DNA of 64,000 bases from Podarcis liolepis. Lineage: Eukaryota. The DNA lies in the NCBI GenBank assembly GCA_965112155.1, contig OZ218104.1. The stretch is one strand, 5' to 3'. Both the position numbers and the translations under genes were made by a program. Shown piece after piece: positions 43,721 to 57,699 of the stretch; the stretch's first letter is position 1; every line of letters begins with the position of its first letter. The notes below the pieces were generated by a model that was given only the letters and a program-made list of their open reading frames with translations, ran no database searches and was not told the origin of the DNA.

Positions 43721-43762
<42 letters not shown>
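43721..43762 (+). repeat. (CT)n microsatellite forming the polypyrimidine tract of the ANKRD27 start-codon exon
   Basis: 21 CT units ending 11 nt before the AG at 43774-43775. Confidence 0.95.
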
Positions 43763-43765
<3 letters not shown>

Positions 43766-43808
43766 CCCTTTCCAGAAAGTCTCTAAATTGGATACTTGGG
43801 GGGTCCAT

Positions 43809-43910
43809 ATGGCTGTGTATGATGAAGACCTCTTGAAGAACCCTTTTTATCTAGCTATGCAGAAACGACGTCCTGATCTCTGCAGGAAAGTTGCAGAATT
43901 CCACGGAATT
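43809..43910 (+). CDS. ANKRD27: ANKRD27 (VARP) coding exon 1
   Basis: ATG at 43809: [34 protein letters not shown]; GTAAGT donor; exon starts at 43776. Confidence 0.95.
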
Positions 43911-44842
43911 GTAAGTAAACTTGATGCCTTCAGAAAATGGGTCCTGCAGCTTGGCAGGGAATGAGTTCGGACTTTGGGTTCAGGGGGTCTATTTAACAGA
44001 TGTGGAAAAATGGGAAAACTACACTTTTGCTGTGGTATACTATTAAGTTTCCTTGCTTTTTGCACCACCACATGTTGCACATATGACAAAAGCATTAAAA
44101 AAGTGGAGGCATCTTTGGGAATGGGAGGAGGGTGTTACTTGATGCCAATTCCGTAATTTAAAGATAAGTTTTGTGTAAAAAAATATTAAAATGTTTAAAA
44201 AGAAAAAGTGGAGGAGCTGTGCATAGTTGTAGAGAGACCACTCAGTGAGGTGCTTTTAAATGGTTGCCACAAGAGTTAGCCCTGTTATAAGAATAATATC
44301 TTTTGATGACTCTACATGGAGAATCCAGAATTTTTAAATCAACAATTTTTTAGATGGTTTACAGTACTTGCTTGGTGCAATCTATTCTTCTCTGAACTTG
44401 TGTCTGCCTGCCCTTGGAGGAAATACTGGGTGGTGTCCAATGCTACGCCTGGACAGAGTAGACCCACTGAAGTTAATGAACATGATTAACTTCGGTTTGT
44501 CAAGTTTGGTAGGTCTACTCTGAGTAGGACTTGGTGGAATACAAAACATTGCGTCAAAGTATTAAGGGTTTGAGATACGAAGTGGTGGCTCTCGTGGCCT
44601 CCCACAATATCGTATTTCTTCCCCCAGCCCACTGCACCATGTCAGGGTCTGTCCTCATTTGTGGTGATTGAAGAGCACCTCCCAGTGAGTAATGGTTTCT
44701 TGATCTGTACTATATTACTGCCTGATTTCAAAACTTGGCATCTTAAAATAGTGTTGTCTGGCAAAATGTTAATACTATTAGGATTTATCTGTTTTGTGTG
44801 TGCGCGTGCATGCACCTGACTCCATGCTTACTACTTCTTTAG

Positions 44843-44953
44843 GTGCTAGTTCCATGCAAAGGAAGTCTTTCAAGCAGCAGCATCTCAGCTTGCCAGTTTG
44901 ACTCCTACGTTCTGAAGTCTGTGGAAGAAAACTTTCAAACTGTGAATGGAAAG
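44843..44953 (+). CDS. ANKRD27: ANKRD27 coding exon 2
   Basis: 111 nt, [37 protein letters not shown]; AG/GT. Confidence 0.93.
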
Positions 44954-45363
44954 GTACAAAAAGTGTTTTAAGGACAGGGATCTAGTGCAGTCTTGCATTG
45001 AGAGTGGTGGAGGCATCAGCCCACTCTGCAACCTCAGGAAGTTCAGTGGAATAGATGAATTCTAAAGGAATACAACAGTAATGCTGTAAGAGCTCAAGCA
45101 GAGAAGGCTTCTTACTCTAAAACTGATGGACAATCTTGCCCTTCCATCAAACATTTAAAAATCAATTCCGTAATACCATTTCAAAAGCAGAGTAGTGTGT
45201 TTTAACTTTCGGATTGCACCTGTCTTGCTTTGGAGAAGCCGCCTTATCTTTCTCAAAATCTGCATGACTAACCACTATTCCTAAATAATTGTTCTGCTTG
45301 CGTACTTCTCACATTGGTATTGATCTTTTTTCATTTGCCTTTCCCTTACTCCTGTCCCTTTAG

Positions 45364-45520
45364 GAAGTCTTCATACAAGGAAGCTTGATCATCCTTGGGG
45401 CTGGCTTCAGCCCTCGTTGCTCAGTGCCTGTTCTTTTTGAGGAAACTTTCTACAATGAGAGAGAAGAGAGCTTCAGCATCCTTTGTATCGCTCATGCGCT
45501 AGAAAAAAATGAGAGTGAAG
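45364..45520 (+). CDS. ANKRD27: ANKRD27 coding exon 3
   Basis: 157 nt, EVFIQG...[28 protein letters not shown]; AG/GT. Confidence 0.93.
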
Positions 45521-46195
45521 GTGAGTAGTAGTGCTCTTCTCAGCAAGCCCTTGGATTTCAACAAAGCCAACTCTAGGTATTTTGCTGCCTGAGGCAGATG
45601 GCAGGAGAGTCCCATTTTCCCTTCTGCTGCTCCATTCCATGTACATAATTGGATTGGACTGGCAATTGAACCTTTTTACAACACTGGTGACAATGCAATG
45701 CCTTCCACCACACTGGAGGGGGCAGCAGACTATATTAGGAGGTACATGGCAAATACCCAAGAGGGCACAGACTAGGTGGCTATCACTGCCACTCCACCCT
45801 CTGCTGCCTGACGTATCTACCCTACTCTGCCTAATGGTAGGGCCAGCCTTGGGCAATAACACTTCTTTCAGGACCTTCATATACCATGAGCAGACAGCTT
45901 ATGTTTTCTAGAAGGCAAGGTCAGAAGCCTTTCATAAGGCGACAAAGATGAGAGCTAGATCACCCTAGCAGGCTTGCATGAAGGATCTTCATCCTGATTA
46001 TCATTTCCTGGAAGAAATGACTCTTCAGAAGCCAGGAAAAGAGTTAAGAGGTCAGCAATAAATATGGGAGTCCTGGTTTCTTGCCATGACTTTTTGTATC
46101 TGGCAACATAAATAAATCAATAAATAAGGAACTGTTGCTAATGCTAGGAGGAACTGCAGATCTTTCTGTGCACTGACAACTGCCCTCCATTTCAG

Positions 46196-46350
46196 AACAA
46201 TCCTCAACGCCGTCAAACTCTTACTCCCTGAAAAACGTTGAAGATGTGAGAGAGTTCTTGGGGAGACATGCTGAAAAGTTTGATAAAGCCATTGCATCTT
46301 TCCACAGGACTTTCAAGGATCATGACAGGAAAATCCTGCGTCACTACATA
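46196..46350 (+). CDS. ANKRD27: ANKRD27 coding exon 4
   Basis: 155 nt, ...SLKNVEDVREFLGRHAEKFDKAIASFHRTF...LRHYI; AG/GT. Confidence 0.92.
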
Positions 46351-47178
46351 GTCAGTATCTCTGTTTTCAGCCTGCCTTAGTCTGTTGCAAATGCCTGTTG
46401 CGAGAAACATTCTCCCATTTCTTATGCAGGAAGAATGCCTCTTCTGTGCCATGTACGCATAGTCTAAAAAAAGTACAAATCTGTAGCTATATGCAAATCA
46501 ATGTAGATTAACCCATTTCAGATACCTTTTTAAAAATTGAGTTGCAGCCTTAGTTACTGCTCGCTGCTAGATTACTTCATAATGAGAATGGCTCAAGTGC
46601 AACTCTAGAATAAATAAAGCACAGTAACCGGCTTGATGCAAATGTGCTCTGCACCCACATGAACTAAACCTTTGGAAGATTAATCTGGAAACTCTACCTT
46701 CTCAAAGAATGCACTGGCACTCCACCCAGTTAAGCAACTTGGACTCTCCTCATGTCTTTCTTAAATGTTCTTTCTCCCCCATCCCTGCAAGGGCCCTCTA
46801 CCTAGACATGTTGACGCAGTGGCCCAGTTAGGATGGCACACTGAACCATAGCTCACAAAGAGTGAGCTGCAGCAAGCTTCAGGTGCTCCCTGTTCCTCTA
46901 CTTTGACCTCAGTGAGTCCATAAGCTTTGGTTCTGTTTCTGCTTAGCCACAGCTGCTTGTGCCATGGTTTACAAGTTGTTTTGTGTGAAACAAACCATGA
47001 GTTAACCAGACTTTGGACAACACGACAAGCTGTCGTTAAGCGAAAACTTCTGAGCTCCACCTGGCAGCCATGCTGGTCAGGGGAAGTGGGAGTTTGTGAA
47101 CTTGAGTCTCTTGTGATTTAATGTGACATCTGAGCCCAGCCTTTTGTGCTCCATAATGTCCTTCTTTTTGGTCTCCAG

Positions 47179-47238
47179 GATTCTGTAAATGCCCTCTACA
47201 CCAAATGTATTCAGCAGTTATTGAGAGACTCGCACCTT
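47179..47238 (+). CDS. ANKRD27: ANKRD27 coding exon 5
   Basis: 60 nt, DSVNALYTKCIQQLLRDSHL; AG/GT. Confidence 0.93.
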
Positions 47239-47346
47239 GTGAGTATGAAATGGCTTGTGTGTGTATGTGTTAAATACAGTTTTCTACCCCTTCCCCAGAC
47301 GGTGCCTGTTAACACTGCCTTTTCTCTCTCTCTCTCGTGTCCTTAG

Positions 47347-47400
47347 AGGATGCTTGCCAAGCAGGAGCCTCAGATGAATCTGATGAAGCAAGCTGTGGAT
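47347..47400 (+). CDS. ANKRD27: ANKRD27 coding exon 6
   Basis: 54 nt, RMLAKQEPQMNLMKQAVD; AG/GTAAGT. Confidence 0.92.
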
Positions 47401-47480
47401 GTAAGTAGTGGGTTGTTTGTTAGTGGGAATTCCATAAACACATGGTCATCTCCGGTTCAATTTATCTATTTGTGTTTCAG

Positions 47481-47546
47481 ATGTACATCCACCATGCTCT
47501 ATATGACCTGATCTTTAAATATGTGGGGACTATTGAGGCGAGTGAG
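47481..47546 (+). CDS. ANKRD27: ANKRD27 coding exon 7
   Basis: 66 nt, MYIHHALYDLIFKYVGTIEASE; AG/GT. Confidence 0.92.
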
Positions 47547-48139
47547 GTAGGTGTCGCTTTCCCTTGGCAATTTGAATGCCTACTTTCCCAGCACCAGAAT
47601 ATAAGGTGCTTATCATAGCACTTATGGAAAGGGTACACTTTGATCAAAAGGCTTTTGCCTCAAGGTGCATGTCAACATTTCTGACCATTGCTTACATGTA
47701 TTTTAAAGGAAACACACTTGGACTATCTGATTGTCCTTAACCATAGCTCAGTGATAGAGCCCCTGTTTTGCATGTAGGAGATGCCAGGTTCAATCCCTAG
47801 CATCTCCAGTTAGAAAGGAGTAGGTAGAAGCTGCCTGAAAAGCTGGAGAATCAAGAGTAGACCATATAGGGCTAGATGGACCAAGCCTGATATACTGAGG
47901 CAGCTTCCTATGTTCTATGTACTCGTCTACTGGATGGTGTCTTCGTCCCTCTACCTATTGCTACAATTCCCATCAGACCCAGCAGGCATGGCCAATGGCT
48001 AGGGATGCTGGGGGCTGTAGTTCACCGATTTCTGGAGGGCCAAAGTTTCCCCATACCTTATCTTCAAACGTCTCAAGATACAGCCAAGAGAGCAGCTTGT
48101 TGTGTTTCTAAAATGGCCTCATTTGTATTTGTCGACCAG

Positions 48140-48216
48140 GATGCAGCTTTCAACAAAATTACAAGAAGCTTACAAGATCTGCAACAGAAGGATCTGGGTA
48201 TTAAGCCTGAATTCAG
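48140..48216 (+). CDS. ANKRD27: ANKRD27 coding exon 8 (VPS9 domain)
   Basis: 77 nt, DAAFNKITRSLQDLQQKDLGIKPEF; AG/GT. Confidence 0.94.
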
Positions 48217-48965
48217 GTGTGCTGCATGGAGATGACAATCTTAAAAGCTCTACCAGGTTTTTGGGGTTGGGTGGGTGGGGGAACCAACAACTTGGGTAAG
48301 GGATATATGGCTGCTGCTCAGAGCATCTTGCTCTTTGCATGCTATGAATCTGTGTACTCTTTGCTGCTTTACCAAAAACAAATATGCAGGTAAGTGGGTT
48401 GTCGCCCATATGCCCTTGGTGCTACTGAATGAAGAAGTAGGAAAGGGAGAAGATGAGTTCTGCTGTCAGCACGTGTAACTGGAAGGGCTTGACGGCAACA
48501 CTGAACTCTAGACAAATCCCAAGGGATAATACTTTTGCTGCAACAGCATATGGAAGAGAGCTTGTAGAATTACTCCCTTGGGATATGTGCACAGGAGCTT
48601 ATCAATATGTTGATAAGCAACACAAGTTTTTTATCAATATGTTTGTGCTGGAGTTTGCTGACTCCTCAGCTTACTTCCTGTATTTGTGCCTTCAGGAACG
48701 GCCGGATCTGGAGATCATAGTAGGCAGCAGGGTCTTATCTCTGTCGTAAAAAGATTCATTTGCTAAGCTTTGTGAATGAAAAGTCATCAGAACAGGCCAG
48801 ACCACCTTCTCTTCCTGGTCATTTGGCAAGCCTTAATTATGCTGAATGTAGGGGTAGAAGTTGCTATGGTTTGAAATAGTTGCCCACTTTTCGACAGTCA
48901 CTGTTGCTCCTGCTCAAGTCTGGTGTATGTGCTAAGTACTCCTTTCTTTTGACCACACTTCACAG

Positions 48966-49087
48966 CTTCAACATTCCTCGTGCAAAGCGAGAGCTGGGCC
49001 AGCTGAATAAGTGCACCTCCCCACAACAGAAGCTCCTCTGTCTGCGCAAAGTGGTTCAAATCATAATGCAGTCTCCTAGCCAAAGAG
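48966..49087 (+). CDS. ANKRD27: ANKRD27 coding exon 9 (VPS9 domain)
   Basis: 122 nt, FNIPRAKRELGQLNKCTSPQQKLLCLRKVVQIIMQSPSQR; AG/GT. Confidence 0.94.
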
Positions 49088-49825
49088 GTCTGTAACCATG
49101 GCAATGTAATAATGGCTTCAATAGATCGCCTCTCTGTGCTTTTAAAAGCCATCTTCATAAGCTTTTAAATGGGTGCATGTGAGCAGAACCTTGAAATGTA
49201 ACATTCAGGTGCTTGTTTTCAGGTGTTTATTGGTCTGTTCTTGTTTTATCATGTATTTTGTGTCCTCATTTTGTATTATGTTGTGAACCACCCTGTGATC
49301 TGCAGATAGAGTGGTATACAAATGTTTACAACAACAACAATTTTTCTTATCACTTGGAAATTAGTGCTTTCCCTTGAACTGAGGCATCTGAAATACTTTT
49401 CCAGGGTGTATGGCAGGGCTTGTTATCTGAGACCCCCCAGCTTGAAAGGGCTAGAATAGAAGATATAATTCAGACAGTAGTTAGACCATTGTCCCTGGCA
49501 CTTGGACTGGTCTCTTCTTCCTTTTACCCAGAAAGATGGCTTGAAAATGAGTAAAAGCCTTCAGGGAACTGGTTATATCTGTGTAGGATTTTAAATTGAA
49601 CTACCTTGTGTTTAGGAGTGCCTGCTGCATTTCTTTGTTTCACACAAAGGGCATGCCTTCAAGATGTGCCTGAAACTTCTGGATTTTAAAACTGCTGCTG
49701 ATCAATCGTGGTGGCAGCACCTTTAGTCTGCCGAAAGCTTTCTAAACACTGCAGCCCTAATTAGAAGCATTTAGGCACTATCACTAGCATAGAAATGTGA
49801 CTTCACTTTTTCCTTCCCACTTCAG

Positions 49826-49904
49826 TTAACATGGAGACCATGTGTGCAGATGACCTTCTCTCAGTCCTGCTGTACCTTCTTGTGAAAACGGAGATTCCAA
49901 ACTG
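49826..49904 (+). CDS. ANKRD27: ANKRD27 coding exon 10 (VPS9 domain)
   Basis: 79 nt, NMETMCADDLLSVLLYLLVKTEIPN; AG/GT. Confidence 0.94.
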
Positions 49905-51639
49905 GTATGTGACAAGTCTCCTTTTGCTCCTGAGTGTTATTTCTCTGCTGCAAGAGCGCTAAACAAGGCAGAGTGCTGAAAGGTTTCTAGCATTGCTTGA
50001 AGTCATGGAGTCTGTAAGCTAGGATGGCCATCAGCTGCCCGCTGCCCCCCCCCCCCCCGTTCAATATTGATTGTGTTTCAGGAGGCGAAGGGGTCTCGTT
50101 TGTGACTCTGGGTAGCTCCACTTATCCAGATGATTGCATAGCTGATTTAAGTGTTTGGTTCCCTTTCCAAATGTGATTAAGAAATCACATGTTCCAGTAT
50201 TGGAGACAAACCCACTCCAAATAAACTGGATGCAGAATCTGATTTAAGTCTTAAAACCCAACCTACATTTGGTTTATGGGATAATTTGAAGTCTGTACTA
50301 GCTGTTCACTAGCAAATGACCATTGCAGTACAGTCCTGTATCCTCAGCAAAGCCTTAATTGGATGCTTCTGTGTTCTAAGGTTTTATAGCAGAACTGTGA
50401 GAAGCATTGTGACTTGCTTTGGACTTGAAATAGTAGTTTGAATCAAAGACCAAAAATACATATTATCAATTCTGTGATTGCATTGCCCTGGAAATGGGCA
50501 TAATAACACTGCACAGCTGAGTGCTTCTAACTGGTGGCTGTTTCAGACTCTCCAATCGAGATGCATCCTGAGTCAGAAATGTTCAACCTGGTCCTCTTAT
50601 TGCCATTTGAGTAGAAACCCCTTTTGGGTGTGAATATTTAATATTTTGCTGCTTTTGGAAATCACTTGCCTTGCTTGGACAGCATGTATCACAAATCTGA
50701 AATCTCACAGATCTGAAAAACGTGTAGGGTACTAACATCTGTCACAAAATAGACCTTGGTTGTTACATTGGTAAGATGCAACTGGGATCTAAAAATGTAA
50801 ATGCTTACAGCAGACCTGTTGTATTAGCAACGTGCCATTTCCAGGGATTACATGCATTTAACAAATGTGCTTATGTTTTTGGACGTCAGTTAAAACGCAG
50901 GGCTGATTTTTTTTTTTTAATCTGCGTGTCTTGAATGTGCACGTGTTGTGTCCTTTTGTAAATGTGTGGCTGATTGCACAGCTTGCATCCCAGGACAGGG
51001 CATTGCAATACAAATGGCATGGCTTTTTGTGGTGGTAACCTGCTAAAAAATAAAGCCAAATTGTTTTAATCTGATTTTTTCTTCTGCCCCCTGCCTCCTA
51101 AAACCCACCAATATGATTGTACCCATCAGAATGATCCTGGAAAGCTGTAATAAGTGTGATCCCTATAGTCTTTTTTTATAGCTTGTCAGTTTTGACTGCC
51201 AATCCAAGAATGCCATTTCTGGTTTTGTTGGGGCTGGGAGTTCAGTAGTATCAGAGATAAAAACATATCTTGTTATTGGAAGTATGCAGGATCAAACTGC
51301 AGAAAAAGTGTGGATTAATAACATGTTGTCTTCATGGCTTTCTGTTTATTCAGGAGCCTTTCATGATCAGCTGTGTGCATTCTGAAAATGGAACAGGCGC
51401 CCTGCTCTTTCCTCCCTAAACATTGTGCCTGCAAGCATTGAAGCCCACTCAGAATAAATTAAACTTGTGGATGATGAGGGGCTCTCTGTGGGAGATAGGA
51501 TAAATGTTTTGATCTTGCATTAGTGATTGGAAGTTGAGGAACCAATTAGATGTGCATGCAATTTTAAGTGACCTTTCTCAGTCATCTCCACTTGAGTAAT
51601 GTCTTGAAAGCCTTATATGCTATTTTATTTTCTGTCTAG

Positions 51640-51772
51640 GATGGCAAACTTGAGTTACATCAAGAACTTCAGGTTTTGCAGCTCAGCAAAGGATGAACTT
51701 GGATACTGCCTGACTTCAGTTGAGGCTGCAATAGAATACATCCGTCAAGGAAACCTCTCGGACAGGCCAACA
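51640..51772 (+). CDS. ANKRD27: ANKRD27 coding exon 11 (VPS9 domain)
   Basis: 133 nt, MANLSYIKNFRFCSSAKDELGYCLTSVEAAIEYIRQGNLSDRPT; AG/GTAAGT. Confidence 0.94.
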
Positions 51773-53765
51773 GTAAGTCACTTTAATAGGGGTTGCAGCA
51801 TAAAGTCTGGCTTGATAACGGCAAATTGTGCAGCAGTTGTGATTGTAATAGGAGTTCCTTCTGGACGTACATCTCCTTTGCAACAGTTTACTGTTTGCCT
51901 GTGCACATTGCTTAAAGGTCTCCGTAAGCAAACTTGAGCCATTGCTCAAAGAGGCTTGTAAAAGGACAACCTTGAGCCCTGGTAGACTTCTGTTCAGCTT
52001 TATTTGAAGGACAAGGAGTATGAGCTGTAGATACAGTTCCTGCATCTTGTGCCTTATAGCTTGTATGTGCATAAGCACACCCATGCTCTTCTATGCACTC
52101 CACCATTTGTCTCCAAGTGTTTGGCATGTTTAGTATAGACAATGCCCAAAATTATAGCAGTGGGATACAATTGGATCCCTTTTGTCGGTAAAAAAAATAA
52201 ATACCATTCTTAACATTTCAGAATTCAGGAAACAGATCTGTAGCATTGCTGAAGCTAAGTAGCTGTTGCCCTCTTCAGGAATTGGGATGGGATATCACCA
52301 GGAGAGCCCTGTAAGAACAGAACATGCACACAATAAATGTGGGCCACATCTACACCAGGCATTGAAAGCACTATTAAGCCACTTGCTGCTCCCAAGGAAT
52401 TCTGGGAACTGTTGCTAAGTATCAGGAGTTTTTAGGAGATCGACTATTCCCCCCCCCCCTCCTGACCTGCAATTTCCGTAGTGGGTTAACAATAACTCTC
52501 TTCCCAGGGAATTCTGGGAATTGTAGCTCTTTGAGGGGGAATGTGGTATCCAACAACTTTCTGAACTCTTAACAAACTACACTTCCCAGGATGCATTTTT
52601 TGGGGTGAGCCATTCCTATTAAAGTGATACGATACTGGTTTAAATGTGGGCAATGGATGTGGCCATGAAACAGGTGGAAATGCTGCAGAAATCCTTTGGT
52701 CAGTGTAGTTTTCTCGGACTTTATTTTAACCTTCCAAAACTAGGTGCTCCCGCTCTGATCTGGAGGCTGAAGGATGTGAACTTGGTACCACAATGAAACC
52801 TGCACCTGATCCAGCTGCCAAGAAATGGAACTTAGCTGCTTAATGGCTCTGTCTGTGGGGGCTTGATATAGAAGGGGGTGGAGGCCCTACTGTGGGACAC
52901 ACATCACAAAATCTGCTTTTTAAAATGGTTTTACAGCATTTTTCACTTTGCTCTTTCAGTGGTAAAATCTTTTAAGCAGATTTGTGGCACTTGGCTACTC
53001 CTTTTTTATATTAAAAAAAAAGCAAATGTGTATCACAAGTCTTGCTTCCTAACTACTATGTAAAAAAAAGAAAAGAAAAAAGTTTGTGTCCAAAAAGAGG
53101 AGGGGGATAAAAAATAAAAATAAACTCCCACATTTATATTTCAGTCTTTGATCTGAAGGAAGTTTGAACTCTTTAATATCAGTTACCCACCTTGTTAACA
53201 GAAAAGATTTGGGCAGAGATGTTAAGACTACAGCAACTTGCTATGTTTTGTAAAATAAAAGGCATAAATGAACTTGGATGACAAATGTGTGTGTGTTCTT
53301 TAAAGTAAAGCTGCTTTGAAACAACAACAAAATGCTTTTCTCTCTTTAAAGTTAGTTTGCCTTTTCTTGCTGGCAATTTTACCTAAATACATACTTGGAT
53401 GCTGCTAAGCTGCTTTTGTGCTGCTAGGTTTCCATAGCTTTTTACTGTTAGACTCTTCATATGGAAGGAGAATCTTCTGACGTTGCACTGGCATCTCTTG
53501 GTGCAAGATTTCAGACTTAAGTTCTCTCGAGTTTGAAGAATCCTGCTTTACTGTGTGTGGCAGGCAAATTATTTAAGAGACCTTGACTGTGGATTTCTAG
53601 ACCCAAATTGGACACACTGTCGGGCACACATTTAAACCTAATCAGTTCAGTTACATGGAAAGCAGGGTTGGGGGCAGCTGGTCTTTTCCCCATTTGCTCA
53701 TGGAGCTCAGTGGGGTAGGAAAGTGCCTAGGTAATCCATCAGTAGGGATTTTTAAAGCACTTTTA

Positions 53766-54096
53766 CTGTGGGTTAAACCACAGAGCCTAGGACTTGCCGA
53801 TCAGAAGGTTGGCGGTTCGAATCCCTGTGACGGGGTGAGCTCCCGTTGCTCGGTCCCAGCCAACCTAGCAGTTCAAAAGCACGTCAAAGTGCAAGTAGAT
53901 AAATAGGTACCGCTCTGGCGGGAAGGTAAACAGTGTTTCCGTGCATTGCTCTGGTTCGCCAGAAGCGGCTTAGTCATGCTTGCCACATGACCTGGAAGCT
54001 GTACGCTGGCTCCCTCGGCCAATAAAGCGAGATGAGCGCTGCAACCCCGGAGTCGTCCGTGACTGGACCTAATGGTCAGGGGTCCCTTTACCTTTA
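53766..54096 (+). mobile_element. Sauria SINE (slightly 5'-truncated)
   Basis: Colinear with 464-826 (CTAGGACTTGCCGATC...GGTTCGAATCCC...GTGCAAGTAGATAAATAGG) and ends in CCTTTACCTTT. Confidence 0.88.
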
Positions 54097-57000
54097 CTGT
54101 TTGAATTGGGGTCCCTACTTTGTCTTCACAAGAGGGCATACCTGGATTTTAAGTATACAAGAACATGGTGAGCTGCCTTAACTCCCCACTCCCCTGAACA
54201 AATTATTGGTGTATCTAGCATCAGTGTGATAGCAACTCTTAGGTTCGAGATGGGAGTCTTCCCAAGCCCTATGAAGAGATGCTGGGATTAAACCTGGGCC
54301 CTCCTATCCCATGCATAGCATGTGTTCTTCCACTGAGCTATGGCCCTCCTTCACAGATATATGCTGCCGTGATGTTTAGTACCCTGCCTGCTGGATACAG
54401 TGTTAATCCTCTAGCTCCTGTCACTGTTTGTGGCATCAGTTGCCTTTTATCTGAGGCACTTGTAGAAAATTGTTCTAGGCAGACCAGTCAGTGCTTATCC
54501 TTATTGCTGAAGTACAACTTGAAACACTGCTCTCTAGTGTGCCGCCTTCGCGAGAGTAAAAAAGGAAAGGGTTGACGCTTAACACGTGGAAAAAATCTCT
54601 TTAAAACTGCCTGGCAGATCCCTTTGAAAGAAGCCACCAGCAGGGCCTTTCCTTCTCAGTATCCACTGCAGCCTAGAGCTACAGTGTGCAAGCTGTAAAT
54701 TCAGGCATGTGGGCAATGGGAACAGCAGCACTTTCAATGGCTAAATAGTAGACTGATTGGCTTAATACAGAGTCAGAACACCAGTCTGCCACCCCAGCAT
54801 TGTCTTCAAGGACTGGCAGTTCCTCCTTGGGGTTTCAGGCAGGTTTGGGAATCCCTCCCGAGTCCTACCTGCAGGTGCTACTGGGGACTGAACCTGGGGC
54901 CTTCTACATGCCAAGCAGGGGCTCAGCCACTGAGCTACGGCAAACCTGGGTCATATGTACAATGGTTTATGTGGGTTGCATAATCCCAGGCATAAATGTG
55001 GCAATCTCGGGGGCACTTGACTCTTGTTTGGAAATCTGAAGTCACGTGCCCTTGCTCTTCAGCATGTGGCATCGTAGGACAGTTTCTTATGACTACATCA
55101 ATTGTGCAAGGATGGCTTGCTGTGGAGAACAAGCAGGAGTCCTACAACATTAATGTTTAAATCACTAATACTTATCCTGTTCCAATTTCTTAAATTATAT
55201 GCTACCTTGGGAATGCTCCTCTTGAAATTATAAATGCTCCATCAAGAAAACATTGAAGCCTCTACCAGAACAAATAGCAATAAGCATTTAAAGTTAAGCT
55301 TTAAATAATCCAGTAGCAGCTGTACAGGTATCTCTGCCCTGGTGCAGGAGCCAGAGCATTGGGTTCCATCACCCTGGCAGAACCCACAGCTGATGCCTGC
55401 TCTGCCCTTCTCCCCTATTTTTTCTTCTTCCTAGGCATACAGTGCCAGATGATGTGATCAAGGCATCCTTTTAATTTCTACTGTGCCCCATGTTGTTCTG
55501 CAGCGCTGTGGGAAACAAAAGAGTAGTTAGATCCTGCTGTCAAGTGCTGGTACCAAAGCCAGGTAAAACCTCTTAGAGCCCACCACCAGCAGAGGCAGTC
55601 CAAGAGAGGACCATTTGCTCAAGGTCCCCTCAAATCTGAGAGGAGCAGTATGAGTCCCTCACCTGCTTGTTGGAGGAAGAAATTGGTGGGGGCAGTGGAG
55701 TGTGCTGCTTGGAAGGAAGAACTGGCTAGGACCATGAACAGGAGTGTCCCTTGTTGGAGGAAGGAAACATTGCCTCTCATATAGCAGGTCCCAATTGTGT
55801 GTATATCACCAGTATGTTCGATATGATGCTAACCTGGTGCCCTGTTGAACAACTCCCATCAGGCCCAGCCAGCACAGCAAATGGTTAGGGGAGTTGGCAC
55901 CAGGTTCATGGAACTATTTAGCTTGGGGCAATTATATTCTGCTTTTAGAAGATGAAAAACCACTCAAAATGCCTAAACCCAAGCTGCATTAGAAATTGAA
56001 ATTGAAACAATGAAACAGAATAAGCAGCAGGAAACCATAGTATGAGTGCAGACAAACAGGTTTGTGCTCAAAATATAAGCACTACCTTCACTGAGTCCTT
56101 TCTAATCATACAAAACGTGTACAAAAGAAACTGGGCTCTTCCGTAAACCTGCTGTCCAGTCTAGTCCTAATCTTTAGTAGATTACAGGCTAGTTGTTCCT
56201 CTAGCCCCGTGTGGTCCACTTTGACTTGCAGGTATTCTCAACGGTCTTCACCATCACAAGCTCCCTGGTTTTGTTACTAGCAACTGAATTTCAGGATCTT
56301 TTCCATGCAAAATGTACTGTATCATTCTTGTCATTCCTTAACCACATTCTAACTTATGGCCCTTTTGTTACCTTACTCCATCAGGCTAGTAGGCCTTATC
56401 CCAAGCTGCCATAGTTACCAGTGGAGGCCAGAGCCCTGTGAGTAGGAGTAATCAAGTGGGAAAGGACCATTTGGTCATACTGAGATGGTCTGACGTAGCA
56501 ATGGTAATTGGACCACATCAGATAAAGCTAGGAAATAGGGCCAGTGTGAATATGCTCCACTATTTATTTGTATGGGGCTCAAACTATGCACTCATTCAGT
56601 TTTACACACCACTGTTGCTGCCATATTTGGAGGTTGTATGCATCACACCCTTGCGGGGTGACCTTGTTGGTGTGGGAGAGAAACCAGATTTTCTGGCTGG
56701 AAATTTTTGACACACACCATAACTCACATGGCGGGGCAACTAAAAACAAATCACTGCCCATATACAATTTGAGGTGGTGCATTCTCCAAGTGAGTGAGGA
56801 CCATACTGCCTTACATACGCAGATTCAAATGAGTGCTATAGCTCTGTTTGCATTGGTGAGCAAATAATCTGGTTTGTGACACCCGCTTCATGCTAACGGT
56901 AACTTTCCAGGAATTGCTGCAAAATGCCCCAATGACTTACAAGCTGAGATGCTGTCTACCCTACATTTATCCTTCTCTTTTACAGAACAGGCAGTGTTGC

Positions 57001-57668
57001 TTTCCCATTTGCCATTTTCATCAGCTCTATAAGAAACTTGAAAGTTAGACTGACTAGAGCTGTGTATTCAAGGGACACATTAATTTGGACATAAAGCTTT
57101 AAGTCAAAGGTTACCTGTGCCTTCAACGTGAATTTATAGCCAAGCCAGGCAGTGCTTTGTACCACTAAACTGAGCACAGGGGAGGCAGGAATGGCTTATA
57201 TGATTCCAGGGCCCTAAAAACACAGGAACTACTTTCCTTGGGAATGTTAAGCTGGCACCTCGATCTGCCTGTAAATTACATTGTTACAGACACCACTTTT
57301 GCCACATTTCTTTTGTCTCTTGAGAGGACTGGGAAGTACTTCAAATGGGCATAATATAAACATTTATTGTGGCACAATATGGCTGCATTATATTAGTAAC
57401 ATGATAAGCACCAGAGGTTAGATGCGTGGCGATTATAGTGGTGTTCTTGTTGTGGAATACTCTCCTCAGAGACCTTTCCCCTTGTCCTGCTGCTCTCCCC
57501 TGGGGGAAACTGCTCTTTAGTGCTCAGTAGGGGCAAATGGCAATTCAGGTTTTCTGTGGCTTGCCATTTGTTCCAATTTATTGTTAAAGAGTAGATTTTC
57601 CCTGGGAAAAGAATGGGGCAAGGGGACAACCACATGGACTGCTGCCTAGAAAGCATTTAAATAATAAA

Positions 57669-57699
<31 letters not shown>

